DNA of 61,008 bases, filler included. It is 4 parts of 4 records of this genome, joined end to end, with 100 filler letters (N's around TTAATTAATTAA, not from the genome) between each part and the next. Parts side by side here need not be neighbours in the genome. Positions count along the whole stretch, not along the records: positions 47,840 to 61,008 come from DRR723986_8133; 3 more parts are not named here. One strand, 5' to 3'. Below, in pieces: positions 50,887 through 60,284 of this stretch. The position numbers were made by a program, and so were the translations under genes. The notes under the pieces were generated by a model. The model made no database searches. It was given only the letters and a program-made list of their open reading frames with translations, and was not told where the DNA came from. Within the stretch, counting starts at the first letter, position 1; each line of letters begins with the position of its first letter.

Positions 50887-51657
50887 TTGCGACAAGCGAA
50901 CCCAAGGAGTCGAAGCGTGTTGGCGCGCTGCACAAAAAACAGCACCAGCATCGTATCAAAAACAGCGGTCTTGGCGACTCTCTGTTTTTTCCTGGCCGTT
51001 ACGGGGCTTTTTTCGCTCTATTCCAGTGCCTCAAGCGGGCTCCACACCCGTATCGATTTTGAGGAAAACGAGAGGGCGTGGCATCGAATGGTGTCAGGCG
51101 ATAATGCCGCAAAACTAAAGCGCTGGCATGGGGTGCTTGAACAGGTAAGATCGTTTGATAATCCTGAAAAGCTTAGACATATCAATTCCTTTGTCCACGA
51201 TGCACTGTCTTACCAGCTGGACAGGGCACTCTGGGGAAAGGAAGACTATTGGGCAACCCCTCTTGAAACCCTGTCCAGGGGCCGCGGCGACTGCGAGGAT
51301 TATGTCATCATTCAATATATAAGCCTGCTCAACGCCGGCGTAAGCGATGACAAGCTTCGCCTTATCTATGTCCGCGCCCGAATTGGCGGGCCCTCCAGCC
51401 CCATCACCCAGCCTCACATGGTGCTTGGTTACTATCCGGAGCCCGGCGCCGAACCGCTTTTGCTGGACAGTCTGGTTGAAGACATCCTGCCTGCCAGCGA
51501 ACGAACCGACCTTACCCCGGTCTTCAGCTTCAACAGTAGCGAACTCTGGGCGGCTAGTGGAGCCTCCGCGGGCAGTGCTACCGCTCGCCTGTCCCCATGG
51601 CGCAATGTACTAGAGAGAATCAAGAGCGAAGGAGTGAGCTTCAATGTCCCTCGTTAA
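50887..51657 (+). CDS. lapG: Transglutaminase-like cysteine protease LapG
   Basis: DYWATPLE, GDCEDY (Cys), PHMVL (His), LLDSL (Asp), DLTPVFSFN; exact start uncertain. Confidence 0.92.
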   Translation: MRQANPRSRSVLARCTKNSTSIVSKTAVLATLCFFLAVTGLFSLYSSASSGLHTRIDFEENERAWHRMVSGDNAAKLKRWHGVLEQVRSFDNPEKLRHINSFVHDALSYQLDRALWGKEDYWATPLETLSRGRGDCEDYVIIQYISLLNAGVSDDKLRLIYVRARIGGPSSPITQPHMVLGYYPEPGAEPLLLDSLVEDILPASERTDLTPVFSFNSSELWAASGASAGSATARLSPWRNVLERIKSEGVSFNVPR

Positions 51658-53545
51658 ACAGTTATGGCTGGGCACCAGTTTGCTGATTCTGACAGCTTTC
51701 CTGGCAAGCCTGGCAGCGAGTCTGGTCTCCGCGCAAAGTTATTACCAAGAGCAGTTGATGCTGAAAAACATCGATAGCGCCAACTCACTGGCACTGACCA
51801 TGTCGCACTCTGAAAAAGAGCAGGCATTGATGGCGTCCTTCCTCGATGCACAGTTTTCAACAGGGCATTATCAACGCATCGAGTTGTCGCAAACAGACGG
51901 CCAGTCACTGTCTTTCACTGCTTCGCCCGCTGATCATCAGGCGCCCAGCTGGTTTCGTGTGATGTTTCCCCTGGACATTCCGCCCGGTGTAGCCACGGTT
52001 TCCGATGGCTGGGTGAACTTTGGGACGCTGTATGTCGAGAGCGCCAGAACATACGCCCAGACATCGCTATGGGTGACAGCCCAGCGCCTGTTCATTTGGC
52101 TGTGCCTCGTAGCCGTGATTGCTGGACTGATTGGCAGCTGGCTGGTGCGACGCATCAGCAGCCCATTGAACGATGTGGTGAAACAGGCTGAAGCGATTGG
52201 AGAAAAACGCTTCATCGTGTCCGAGGAACCCAACACTACGGAGTTCCGGCGCGTTGTCAGCGCCATGAACAAGCTCTCGAGGCGTGTCGAAACGATTCTG
52301 GAGTCTGAGGCAAAAGCGCTGGCAGACATGCGTGAACGGGCGCTGAATGATCCGGTCACTGGCGTTGCCAATCGGGAGTTTTTCATCAGTCAGTTAAACA
52401 GTCTGATCGATGACCCGGAGTCTGACACCAGGCACACGCTGGTTCTTCTTCGGATACCCGGATTGGCAGAACTCAACGCGCAGCTCGGACGAGATCAGGT
52501 CAATGAAGCACTCCAGATTATGTGCGGTAATGTGCTGAAAGCGCTGAGCAATAGCGATCTCTTGTTTCAGGATGCCTTCATGGGCCGCCTGAATGGGTCT
52601 GACTTTGGGCTCTTGGTCACTGGATTCCAGGATGCATCACACATTCTTCCGACCCTTGAACAGATGCTTACCGGCCCAGTCATGCGCCGGGCGAGGCTGT
52701 CAGTCTCAACATTCGACTCGACAGCGACGCACGCAGCCGTACTGATGCATGCGGACCATCTGCTCGCAACCGCCGAGCAAACCAACCAGCGAGCCGTTGT
52801 TGATGAGGACAACCCTGAGGACATTCCATTCCGCAATGCCGCCGAATGGCGCACCGCACTCAATCAGGCGCTGGAGGAGCGAGCCATCGACGTCGCCTTC
52901 CACCCCTTGATTGATCGTTCTGGTAACATCATTCAGGTCGAGGCGAAGGTGCGGCTCAAACTACTGGATCAATGGCGCCCGGCTGGCTTTTTTCTTCCCT
53001 GGGGGCGGCGGCTTGGCCTTTTACCTCACGTTGACACAGCCATGGTCCAGTATCTTCTTGAAACGTTCACGGAGCAGGGCGAACTCCCGGTTGTCGTTCA
53101 TATCGCCAGAGAAACCTTACTGGATGAGACTTTGCGGCGCACCATCGTCAATCTCCTGAGCCAGCGCCACGAGCCCAGACGATCCTTCCGGCTTGAGCTG
53201 CCCGAGGAGGTCCTCGCCGAGGGAGAGCTGCTGCTTGGCCGCTTCGTCGAAGAAATACAGACACAAGGTTGCCAGGTGGGAATCAGCGGAATTGGCAAAA
53301 ACCTGGAAAGCATTGCCAAGGTCCACGAGCTGGGTCTCGACTACCTGAAAACAGATCCTGTTTATGCCCAGCGGCTTGAAGACGACCCAGCCACTCAGCA
53401 ATATCTCCAGCGTTTGACCGGACTGGCTCACTCCATAGGGCTGAGTATCTACCTGGCGGGCGCAAAGACAGACGGATGCGTCCAGGCTGCCTGGAATGTG
53501 GGATTAGACGGGGTCACCGGGCCGGGCGTGAAGTCAGGCAATTAA
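51644..53545 (+). CDS. lapD: c-di-GMP receptor LapD (periplasmic-HAMP-degenerate GGDEF-degenerate EAL)
   Basis: MSLVKQLW, APSWF, VSDGW, NDPVTGVANR, NGSDF, EAKVRL; overlaps lapG. Confidence 0.9.
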   Translation: MSLVKQLWLGTSLLILTAFLASLAASLVSAQSYYQEQLMLKNIDSANSLALTMSHSEKEQALMASFLDAQFSTGHYQRIELSQTDGQSLSFTASPADHQAPSWFRVMFPLDIPPGVATVSDGWVNFGTLYVESARTYAQTSLWVTAQRLFIWLCLVAVIAGLIGSWLVRRISSPLNDVVKQAEAIGEKRFIVSEEPNTTEFRRVVSAMNKLSRRVETILESEAKALADMRERALNDPVTGVANREFFISQLNSLIDDPESDTRHTLVLLRIPGLAELNAQLGRDQVNEALQIMCGNVLKALSNSDLLFQDAFMGRLNGSDFGLLVTGFQDASHILPTLEQMLTGPVMRRARLSVSTFDSTATHAAVLMHADHLLATAEQTNQRAVVDEDNPEDIPFRNAAEWRTALNQALEERAIDVAFHPLIDRSGNIIQVEAKVRLKLLDQWRPAGFFLPWGRRLGLLPHVDTAMVQYLLETFTEQGELPVVVHIARETLLDETLRRTIVNLLSQRHEPRRSFRLELPEEVLAEGELLLGRFVEEIQTQGCQVGISGIGKNLESIAKVHELGLDYLKTDPVYAQRLEDDPATQQYLQRLTGLAHSIGLSIYLAGAKTDGCVQAAWNVGLDGVTGPGVKSGN

Positions 53546-53880
53546 TCAAAATCGAACAGATCGTCTCCGCTGATATCAATCAAATTGAGGTGATCGTCCT
53601 GCCCCCGCATGGACTTTCGTTCCATCAGCTTGGCTTGGGCTTCCGAGGGCAAATCGGTAAAGCGTATGACACCTTTCATCGCCAACAGGTCCACCAGGTC
53701 CTCAATGACCCGAATGAGGGAAGAATCCGACGCCCTGAAGCGGACGTCGGCATCGACGTCAGCGCGGCTGTAAAGAAAGGCTTCGACAGAGGGATCGTCG
53801 TCTGGAGCCTCAACGAAACCGGCTAAAGGCTCCTCACTGACAGCAACAACTCGGCCGGACTGGTTACGCCTGATGAACAT
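53542..53880 (-). CDS. Small conserved Lap-locus protein of unknown function
   Basis: MFIRRNQSGRVVAV...SDSSLIRVIEDLVDLLAMKGVIRFTDLPSEAQAKL; last gene of the T1SS operon. Confidence 0.75.
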   Translation of the reverse strand: MFIRRNQSGRVVAVSEEPLAGFVEAPDDDPSVEAFLYSRADVDADVRFRASDSSLIRVIEDLVDLLAMKGVIRFTDLPSEAQAKLMERKSMRGQDDHLNLIDISGDDLFDFD

Positions 53881-54511
53881 TGTCTTGCTTCCTGTTGGCA
53901 AGCTGGCCATTCACATAAAGCATCAACTGCATACGGTCCTTAACGGCCAGCTTCTTGAATATGGCCCCCATATGTTCCTTGACAGTGCGTTCGGTAATGC
54001 CGAGGTCTGAGGCAATCTGCCGGTTACTCAACCCCTTGGACGCACTTAACGCAACTTCAGTTTCTCGGCTGGTCAGCGACTGCAAATCGCCTTTTGGCTC
54101 ATGCCCCTGATCCGACTCGACGGCACGTGCAACCGACTGCAACAGTGAACTCAGGAGATTCTCCGGAAACCACAAACCGCCTGCCAGAATCGTCTTGGCG
54201 ACCTGGCGGAAGACCTTATCGTTTGATAACGCTGGCAGATAAGCCCGCGCTCCGCACGCCAGACTTCGGTTCATTTCAGCGGCTTCGGGTAGCCGCGCGA
54301 GCACAGCCACACGAATACCAGCCTCGGAAAACATGCGCACACATTCTTGCCAGCCCGGCACATCGGAACTTATCCAGGCCACCGAGGCTTTCGGCATCGA
54401 CACATGCTGCCCATCAACCATTTGCTGGGGCACCCCAGGCAATACCCGCTCCCAGTGGCCCAGAGGGCGAAAAGCACGACCATACAGCAGAATAGAGGAC
54501 TCTGTTTTCAT
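53864..54511 (-). CDS. LuxR/NarL-family regulator with degenerate receiver
   Basis: HTH LTSRETEVA...GLSNRQIASDLGITERTVKEH; GARAYL remnant; no acidic pocket. Confidence 0.88.
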   Translation of the reverse strand: MKTESSILLYGRAFRPLGHWERVLPGVPQQMVDGQHVSMPKASVAWISSDVPGWQECVRMFSEAGIRVAVLARLPEAAEMNRSLACGARAYLPALSNDKVFRQVAKTILAGGLWFPENLLSSLLQSVARAVESDQGHEPKGDLQSLTSRETEVALSASKGLSNRQIASDLGITERTVKEHMGAIFKKLAVKDRMQLMLYVNGQLANRKQDNVHQA

Positions 54512-55938
54512 CGCTCGCTCAGTGCCAGAGAAGTAGCGCGCACCACGGGCTTGAGCAGGTACTCAAGCACTGTTTTCTGCCCGGTCAGGATGTCTACCTG
54601 TGCCGTCATTCCGGGGATAATGGCAAATTGCTCCGAAAATCCCTGAGTTTCAGTGCGCAGTCTTGTCAGATAATAGGTGTTGTTGTCTTCATCGGTGATC
54701 GTGTCTGCACTGATGTGCTCAACCGTTGCCCTCAGCCCGCCAAAAACCGCAAAATCATAGGCGGTAAACTTGACGATGGCTTCCTGGCCCTTCTGGATAA
54801 AAGCAATGTCTTTGGGCGACACTCTCGCCTCGACCAGCAATTCATCGTTCAGCGGGACGATTTCTACCACGTCCTGGCCTGGCGAGACCACACCACCCAC
54901 CGTTTTCACAAACAAGCGCTGAACGGTGCCGTCAACCGGTGCAACAATTCGGGTTTTGCTGACGCGATCCTGTAATCCATCCAGTGTCTCGAGAGTCGCC
55001 GCCAGCTCGCTGACTGAGTCCGACAACTGCTCACGCCAGCGATTGGTCATAACCAGCCCGGTTTCCCGTATCTTCGATTCTGCTTCCAGAATAGCCGACC
55101 GCGAACGCGTGATCGCAGCCTCAGCCTGAGCAAGCTCACCCCGCGCATTCGAGATTTCTCTCTCCAGCTTGATCAAGTCGACTTCTGAAACCGCTCCCGA
55201 GGCCAGCAAGGGTCGCTTAAGTTCAAGTTCCCTGGACGCCAGTTTCAGCACTTCCTGGAATTGCCGGCGGGCCGACTGAGCCTCCTCAAGATCGGCCTGA
55301 CGCTGTTGCAACTGTTGGCGATGAATCGCCTCCTGCTCCTGCATTTCGCGGCGACTGTTTTCAAACAAGGAGCGCTGGACCGTGACAAGTTGTGGAGAAC
55401 GCTCAATAAACTCAGGCGGGAACGTGAGCTCCTTGCCCTGAACGAGAGCCTCTAGCCGGAATATATCGGCGGTCAAGGATAATTCCCTCGCTTTCTGCTC
55501 GGCAAAGTCAGAATCGAAGCGGGTCGATTCAATGCTAACCAGCAATTGCCCTTTCTTGACCAGTTCGCCTTCCTGCACAGACAGAACCTCAACGACGCCT
55601 CCATCCAGAGACTGCACCACCTGCAGTTGCGTCGAGGGAATCACCCGGCCATCCCCTCGAGCGACCTCATCAATCGGTGCCAAGCCGGCCCAGACCAGCA
55701 ACGCAATCACAGTCAGAAAGATCATCCACAACAGCGCTCTCGGCCGGATCGGCTCCTGCTGAATGCGGGCCCACTCACTGTCTACTTCCCACCCACGCTG
55801 ATCCGGGACGCGCAGCCAACGCCCTGCCAGCTTCTCAAGCCAACGTTCCGGACGCTTGCCAACACGCTCAGCGCCCTTGCCAATCCGGTGAAAGCTCTTC
55901 TCGGCCAATGACGAGGACGGCTCATTGTTCTCGCTCAC
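54508..55938 (-). CDS. Type I secretion membrane fusion protein (HlyD/LapC)
   Basis: GRVIPSTQLQVVQSLDGG, APVDGTV, AYDFAVFGGL, PGMTAQVDILTG. Confidence 0.95.
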   Translation of the reverse strand: MSENNEPSSSLAEKSFHRIGKGAERVGKRPERWLEKLAGRWLRVPDQRGWEVDSEWARIQQEPIRPRALLWMIFLTVIALLVWAGLAPIDEVARGDGRVIPSTQLQVVQSLDGGVVEVLSVQEGELVKKGQLLVSIESTRFDSDFAEQKARELSLTADIFRLEALVQGKELTFPPEFIERSPQLVTVQRSLFENSRREMQEQEAIHRQQLQQRQADLEEAQSARRQFQEVLKLASRELELKRPLLASGAVSEVDLIKLEREISNARGELAQAEAAITRSRSAILEAESKIRETGLVMTNRWREQLSDSVSELAATLETLDGLQDRVSKTRIVAPVDGTVQRLFVKTVGGVVSPGQDVVEIVPLNDELLVEARVSPKDIAFIQKGQEAIVKFTAYDFAVFGGLRATVEHISADTITDEDNNTYYLTRLRTETQGFSEQFAIIPGMTAQVDILTGQKTVLEYLLKPVVRATSLALSER

Positions 55939-58070
55939 GAGGCCCCCCTTATCTTACCCTGACGCAATGCCTCGACGACCGTTGCTTTTGGTCCATCCGC
56001 GACAATCCGGCCGCCATCCAGCACAATAATCCGGTCCGCCAGTTCCAGCAACGAGGTTCGATGCGTGACCATCAACAGCGTCTTGTTCTCCGCCGCTTTG
56101 GCCAGACTGCGCTTGAAGTGTTCTTCGCTACTGTGATCCAGAGAGCCCGTGGGCTCGTCCAGCAGCAGAATGGCGGGATCACCCACCATCGCCCGCGCGA
56201 TGGCTAACGCCTGACGCTGCCCGCCAGACAGTCGCTGGCCACGCTCACCAACCTGCAGATCAAACCCATCTGGCTGTGCATCGACGAACGACTTCAAACC
56301 GCTGAGTTCTGTTACCCGAAGCAGTTCCTCATCGGACACCGGCCGGGAAAGCGTGATGTTGTCTCTGAGACTCCCGAAAAAGAGCTCTACATCTTGCGGC
56401 ACATAGCCAATATTGTTTCGAAGTTCCGCCGGGTCTAACTGACGAACATCCACATTATCCAGCGACAAGGTACCTGCGGAGGGGTGGTGTAGTCCAAGCA
56501 ACAGGCGTTGCAGCGTACTTTTGCCCGAGCCGTTTCGCCCCAGAACCGCCACCCGCTCACCTGGGTTCAGTTTCATTGAAACGCCGGTGAGCGCGGCCTG
56601 CCCGGCGTCCGGATAACTGAAATGCACATCCCGAAGTTCCACCCGACCACTCAAGCGAGGGCGCGAGACCCAGTCCTTTCCGGCTTCACGCTCCTGTGGC
56701 AAAGCCATGATATCGTCGAGGGTTCGGAGCGCTGTCGCTGCCTGGTGATACTGAGCCAGCAAACCGGCAGCCTGACTGACCGGCGCCATGGCACGCGAAG
56801 ACAACAGATAAGCAGCGATCAGGCCACCCTGGGTCAACTCACCGTTGATGATCAGATATACCCCGAGGATGATGATTGAAACCGCAACCAGGTGCTGAAC
56901 CCACTGCGCACCATTCTGAAGACTGGCAGAGATGAATTTCAGGCGAGCTCCAACGTTGCTGATATATAGCGATGTGCGCTCATAGGCTTCCTGTATCCGG
57001 CTTTCAACGCCGAAACTCTTGACCGATTCCAGGTTCGCGAGACCCTCTACCAGAGTCGCATTCCGCTGGGAACTCGCCGACATGCTCTCTTCGGACAAGT
57101 CCCGTAAACGGCGCTGCGCGATGGCGGCATAAACTACAAGGCCGAGCGCCCCCACCAGCACCGGAATGCCAAGGGGCCAACTGATTAGCACAATCACCAC
57201 CAGGAACAGAAGCATAAACGGCAGGTCGACCAATCCCACCACGGTCATGGAACTGACAAACGAGCGCACAGACTCAAACGACTGAACATTTGCAGCAAAT
57301 GCGCCCGCAGATTGTGGACGATGAGCCAGGCTGAGCCCCAACACCCGTTCCATAATCGTCGCGGACAGTTTCGCATCCGCGCGACTGGCGGCCAGATCAA
57401 TGAACCATCCTCGCATCAGGCGAAGAACCAGATCTGCACAAAGGGCGATCAGCAGCCCCACCGCCAGAACCCACAACGTATGCGTGGCATGGTTGGGCAC
57501 CACGCGGTCGTACACGTTCATGACAAACAAAGGCATGGCAACCGCGAAGACATTGATCAACAGCGCGGCGATACAGATATCACGATACAGCTTGCGATTC
57601 TCGCCAATGACACTCCAGAACCAGTGGCCGCCCTGCGCCGCCCGCGTTCTGGTGGCGCGCTGATCGAAGTGAAATCTTGGGCGACAATAGATCACCGTCC
57701 CTGAATAGAGTTCGGATAACTCTGCAGAGGAAATCTCCGTTTCTGACTCGGGCAGCTCGGGAAAAACGACCGATGCCAGGCCCCCCTCCGCATCAAGCGA
57801 GTGAACGACACACGCACGCTCATTATTCAACAAAAACACTGCAGGCAGCAGCGCGGTATTGATTGATGACAATGATTGCTGACAGACCTGGCTGCTAAAA
57901 CCCAATCGCCGGGCGGCTCGGCCAAACAGCGAGGGGGTCAGTCGGCCCCGGTCAAGGGGTAATCCGGAAGCAATGGATTCTCCGGACGCCTGGCGTCCAT
58001 GAAATTTGCAAAGAACACGCAGGCACGTTAGCAAGCCGTCATGCCGGTAGATTTCCGCCGAAGTCTCCAC
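55935..58070 (-). CDS. Type I secretion permease/ATPase (LapB-like)
   Basis: C39-like N-domain, MNVYDRVVPN, GRNGSGKS, LSGGQRQ, LDEPT. Confidence 0.95.
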   Translation of the reverse strand: METSAEIYRHDGLLTCLRVLCKFHGRQASGESIASGLPLDRGRLTPSLFGRAARRLGFSSQVCQQSLSSINTALLPAVFLLNNERACVVHSLDAEGGLASVVFPELPESETEISSAELSELYSGTVIYCRPRFHFDQRATRTRAAQGGHWFWSVIGENRKLYRDICIAALLINVFAVAMPLFVMNVYDRVVPNHATHTLWVLAVGLLIALCADLVLRLMRGWFIDLAASRADAKLSATIMERVLGLSLAHRPQSAGAFAANVQSFESVRSFVSSMTVVGLVDLPFMLLFLVVIVLISWPLGIPVLVGALGLVVYAAIAQRRLRDLSEESMSASSQRNATLVEGLANLESVKSFGVESRIQEAYERTSLYISNVGARLKFISASLQNGAQWVQHLVAVSIIILGVYLIINGELTQGGLIAAYLLSSRAMAPVSQAAGLLAQYHQAATALRTLDDIMALPQEREAGKDWVSRPRLSGRVELRDVHFSYPDAGQAALTGVSMKLNPGERVAVLGRNGSGKSTLQRLLLGLHHPSAGTLSLDNVDVRQLDPAELRNNIGYVPQDVELFFGSLRDNITLSRPVSDEELLRVTELSGLKSFVDAQPDGFDLQVGERGQRLSGGQRQALAIARAMVGDPAILLLDEPTGSLDHSSEEHFKRSLAKAAENKTLLMVTHRTSLLELADRIIVLDGGRIVADGPKATVVEALRQGKIRGAS

Positions 58071-58101
58071 GCTTCTCCTTATCTATACCGAAACAGGATT
58101 A

Positions 58102-59988
58102 TCAGCTTCCCGCAGCCTCTGGCGTCTGCAGAACACGGATATCAACCCTGCGGTTTGCGTTAAGTGCCGATTCCGAAGGTTGAGAAAACCGGGGCTGATA
58201 AAAACCCTGAGCTATGACGTTCAATCGAGCTCTCTCAATACCATAGTCCGCCATCAATATCTCAGCGACCGCTTCTGCACGCCGCATCGAAAGCTCACGG
58301 TTGTACGCAGGTGCACCGGTTCGGGAGGCATGGCCAACGATCTCTGCATTCGCATCCGGATTGGATGCCAGATACTCGCCGATATCTTTCAGAAAGGCCT
58401 CACTGGACACTGCAATGTCAGCAGAATCATTGGCGAACTCAATCATCGCCGCTGCCACCACACTGGGAGGGGCAGTCACGGTGCAACCGCGAATATCTAC
58501 CTGACTGCCTGCCAACGTTCCGGGGCACTGGTCTTTATAGTTTTTCACTCCGTCACTGTCAGAATCCAGCAATAGCTGGACTGATTGATCCACCGCTACT
58601 GCCGGACACATGCTGTCTTTAAGCTGCAAGGGAGAGGCACCTAAGTCGTTCAGAGAAGGGAGGCCGTTTCGGACCAACCCTAAAGACATAACCAGCTGCC
58701 CCATCTCGGCCTGAACGCGCGCCACTGCCAGTTTCTGATCGTAGGTTGCGTTCACATAAGCGCGACTGGCGTCGAAGTATTCATTCTCCGCATCCAGAAC
58801 ATCCAGTAGGGTGCGTTCGCCAATATCAAACTGATCTTTGTAGGCCGTCCGCACCCGGGATGATGAGAGACGGTGACTATTAAGAATCGGAATCTGGCTC
58901 TCAAGGTTACGTACATCGTTAAACGCGATCTGGAGTTCCTGGCGGATATCAACGCATACCTTGTCACGAAGATCCTTGGCAACGTTCACACTGTCGTAGG
59001 CACTCCGCACCCGGGCCCGGTCGGTGCCACCACGATACAAATTTACATTCAGTTCCAGACCAACCCGACCGTCAGTCTCCGAACTTTCAAAGCCCAGATC
59101 GTCATACGAGCGATGGCCATAGCTTGCCACCAGATTCAGCTTGGGGTGAAAGCCAGAACGGTTTTCCTCAACGCTGGCTTCCGCTGCTTTGATCTGACGG
59201 AGTGCGGCACGGAAGGCCGGATTTGCCTCATAGGCAATGCCTAATGCCTCTTGCGCCGTAGCCGGCACAAGCTCAACGCCTATCATCACTTCGTCCGTCT
59301 GACTCGGAGCTTTCTCTCCCACAATCCTCAGATAACGCGCTCGGACATCATGCAGATTGCTCGCGACCGTGAACAAATTGGCTTCGGCCAACGATAACCG
59401 ACCATTGATCTGTTCAAGGTCCGCTGCCCGCGCAACCCCCGCTTCCGCGCTTGCGCTCACCTGCTGATAGACATCCTGGTGCGTCTGCAAGTTGCTCCTG
59501 GCCAGTTCCAGAAGCTCCTGCTGGCGGCTCACATCCAGGTAGGCGCGCAGTGCTTCAAGGCTGGTATCCTCAATCTGGGCAAGCAACTCAAAATAACTGA
59601 CCAACTGTTCCTCTTCAAAGCGCTGGACCGCGCTTCGGGTCTGGAAGCCGTCATAAAGCATCTGGGTCAGGGTCAGGCGTCCGTCGTAGCCGTCAAACTC
59701 ACTGACCTCACCGTAGTTACGGTGCTCCCAGCCATAGCGGGCCGTGGCATCCAGCGACGGCTTGTAGCCGCCCCTTGCGGCCGCTTTGTCGTGACCGGCG
59801 ACTAGAAACTGGTGCCAGCTCGCCTGAACTTCCGGGTTATGCTCAATGGCATGCCTGACCGCCTCCAGAACACTGCCTTCGGCAACGGCTTGGCTGGCAG
59901 AAGTCTGGGCTAACGTGATTGCCGGGGCACTCAAACAAGCCAGAACCGAGAACGCAATAGCACGACACCCAAAAACCTTTTTGACCAT
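58102..59988 (-). CDS. TolC-family outer membrane protein (LapE/AggA-like) fused to an OmpA-like domain
   Basis: Signal peptide; NPEV, QMLYDGF, QFDIGERTLLDVLDAENE; DSDSDGVKNYKDQCPGT; GHAS...NRELSMRRA...NRRV; GGAG RBS before ATG 59988. Confidence 0.92.
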   Translation of the reverse strand: MVKKVFGCRAIAFSVLACLSAPAITLAQTSASQAVAEGSVLEAVRHAIEHNPEVQASWHQFLVAGHDKAAARGGYKPSLDATARYGWEHRNYGEVSEFDGYDGRLTLTQMLYDGFQTRSAVQRFEEEQLVSYFELLAQIEDTSLEALRAYLDVSRQQELLELARSNLQTHQDVYQQVSASAEAGVARAADLEQINGRLSLAEANLFTVASNLHDVRARYLRIVGEKAPSQTDEVMIGVELVPATAQEALGIAYEANPAFRAALRQIKAAEASVEENRSGFHPKLNLVASYGHRSYDDLGFESSETDGRVGLELNVNLYRGGTDRARVRSAYDSVNVAKDLRDKVCVDIRQELQIAFNDVRNLESQIPILNSHRLSSSRVRTAYKDQFDIGERTLLDVLDAENEYFDASRAYVNATYDQKLAVARVQAEMGQLVMSLGLVRNGLPSLNDLGASPLQLKDSMCPAVAVDQSVQLLLDSDSDGVKNYKDQCPGTLAGSQVDIRGCTVTAPPSVVAAAMIEFANDSADIAVSSEAFLKDIGEYLASNPDANAEIVGHASRTGAPAYNRELSMRRAEAVAEILMADYGIERARLNVIAQGFYQPRFSQPSESALNANRRVDIRVLQTPEAAGS

Positions 59989-60284
59989 TACAAAGCTCCA
60001 AAACATCATAAAAAATCACTGATTTACTGCGGATGGCCAACTCAGGCCTTATGCGGCTATTCATTTCTTGATGCAACAGGCGCCCGGGCAACACCGGAAG
60101 GCAATTGTATACAAATCCAACAAAAAAAGCCCTAATTTCACAATTCTTTACAGACTGACACAATAAATATTCCCAACCTGTACCTGAGTCCAGTAGTCGG
60201 CTGTTGGCGAGCAGACTAATGTGACTGAATCTCCAAGGACGCAAATATTTCAACCTGTCCTATTTCGCAATACAGAGGAACGCC

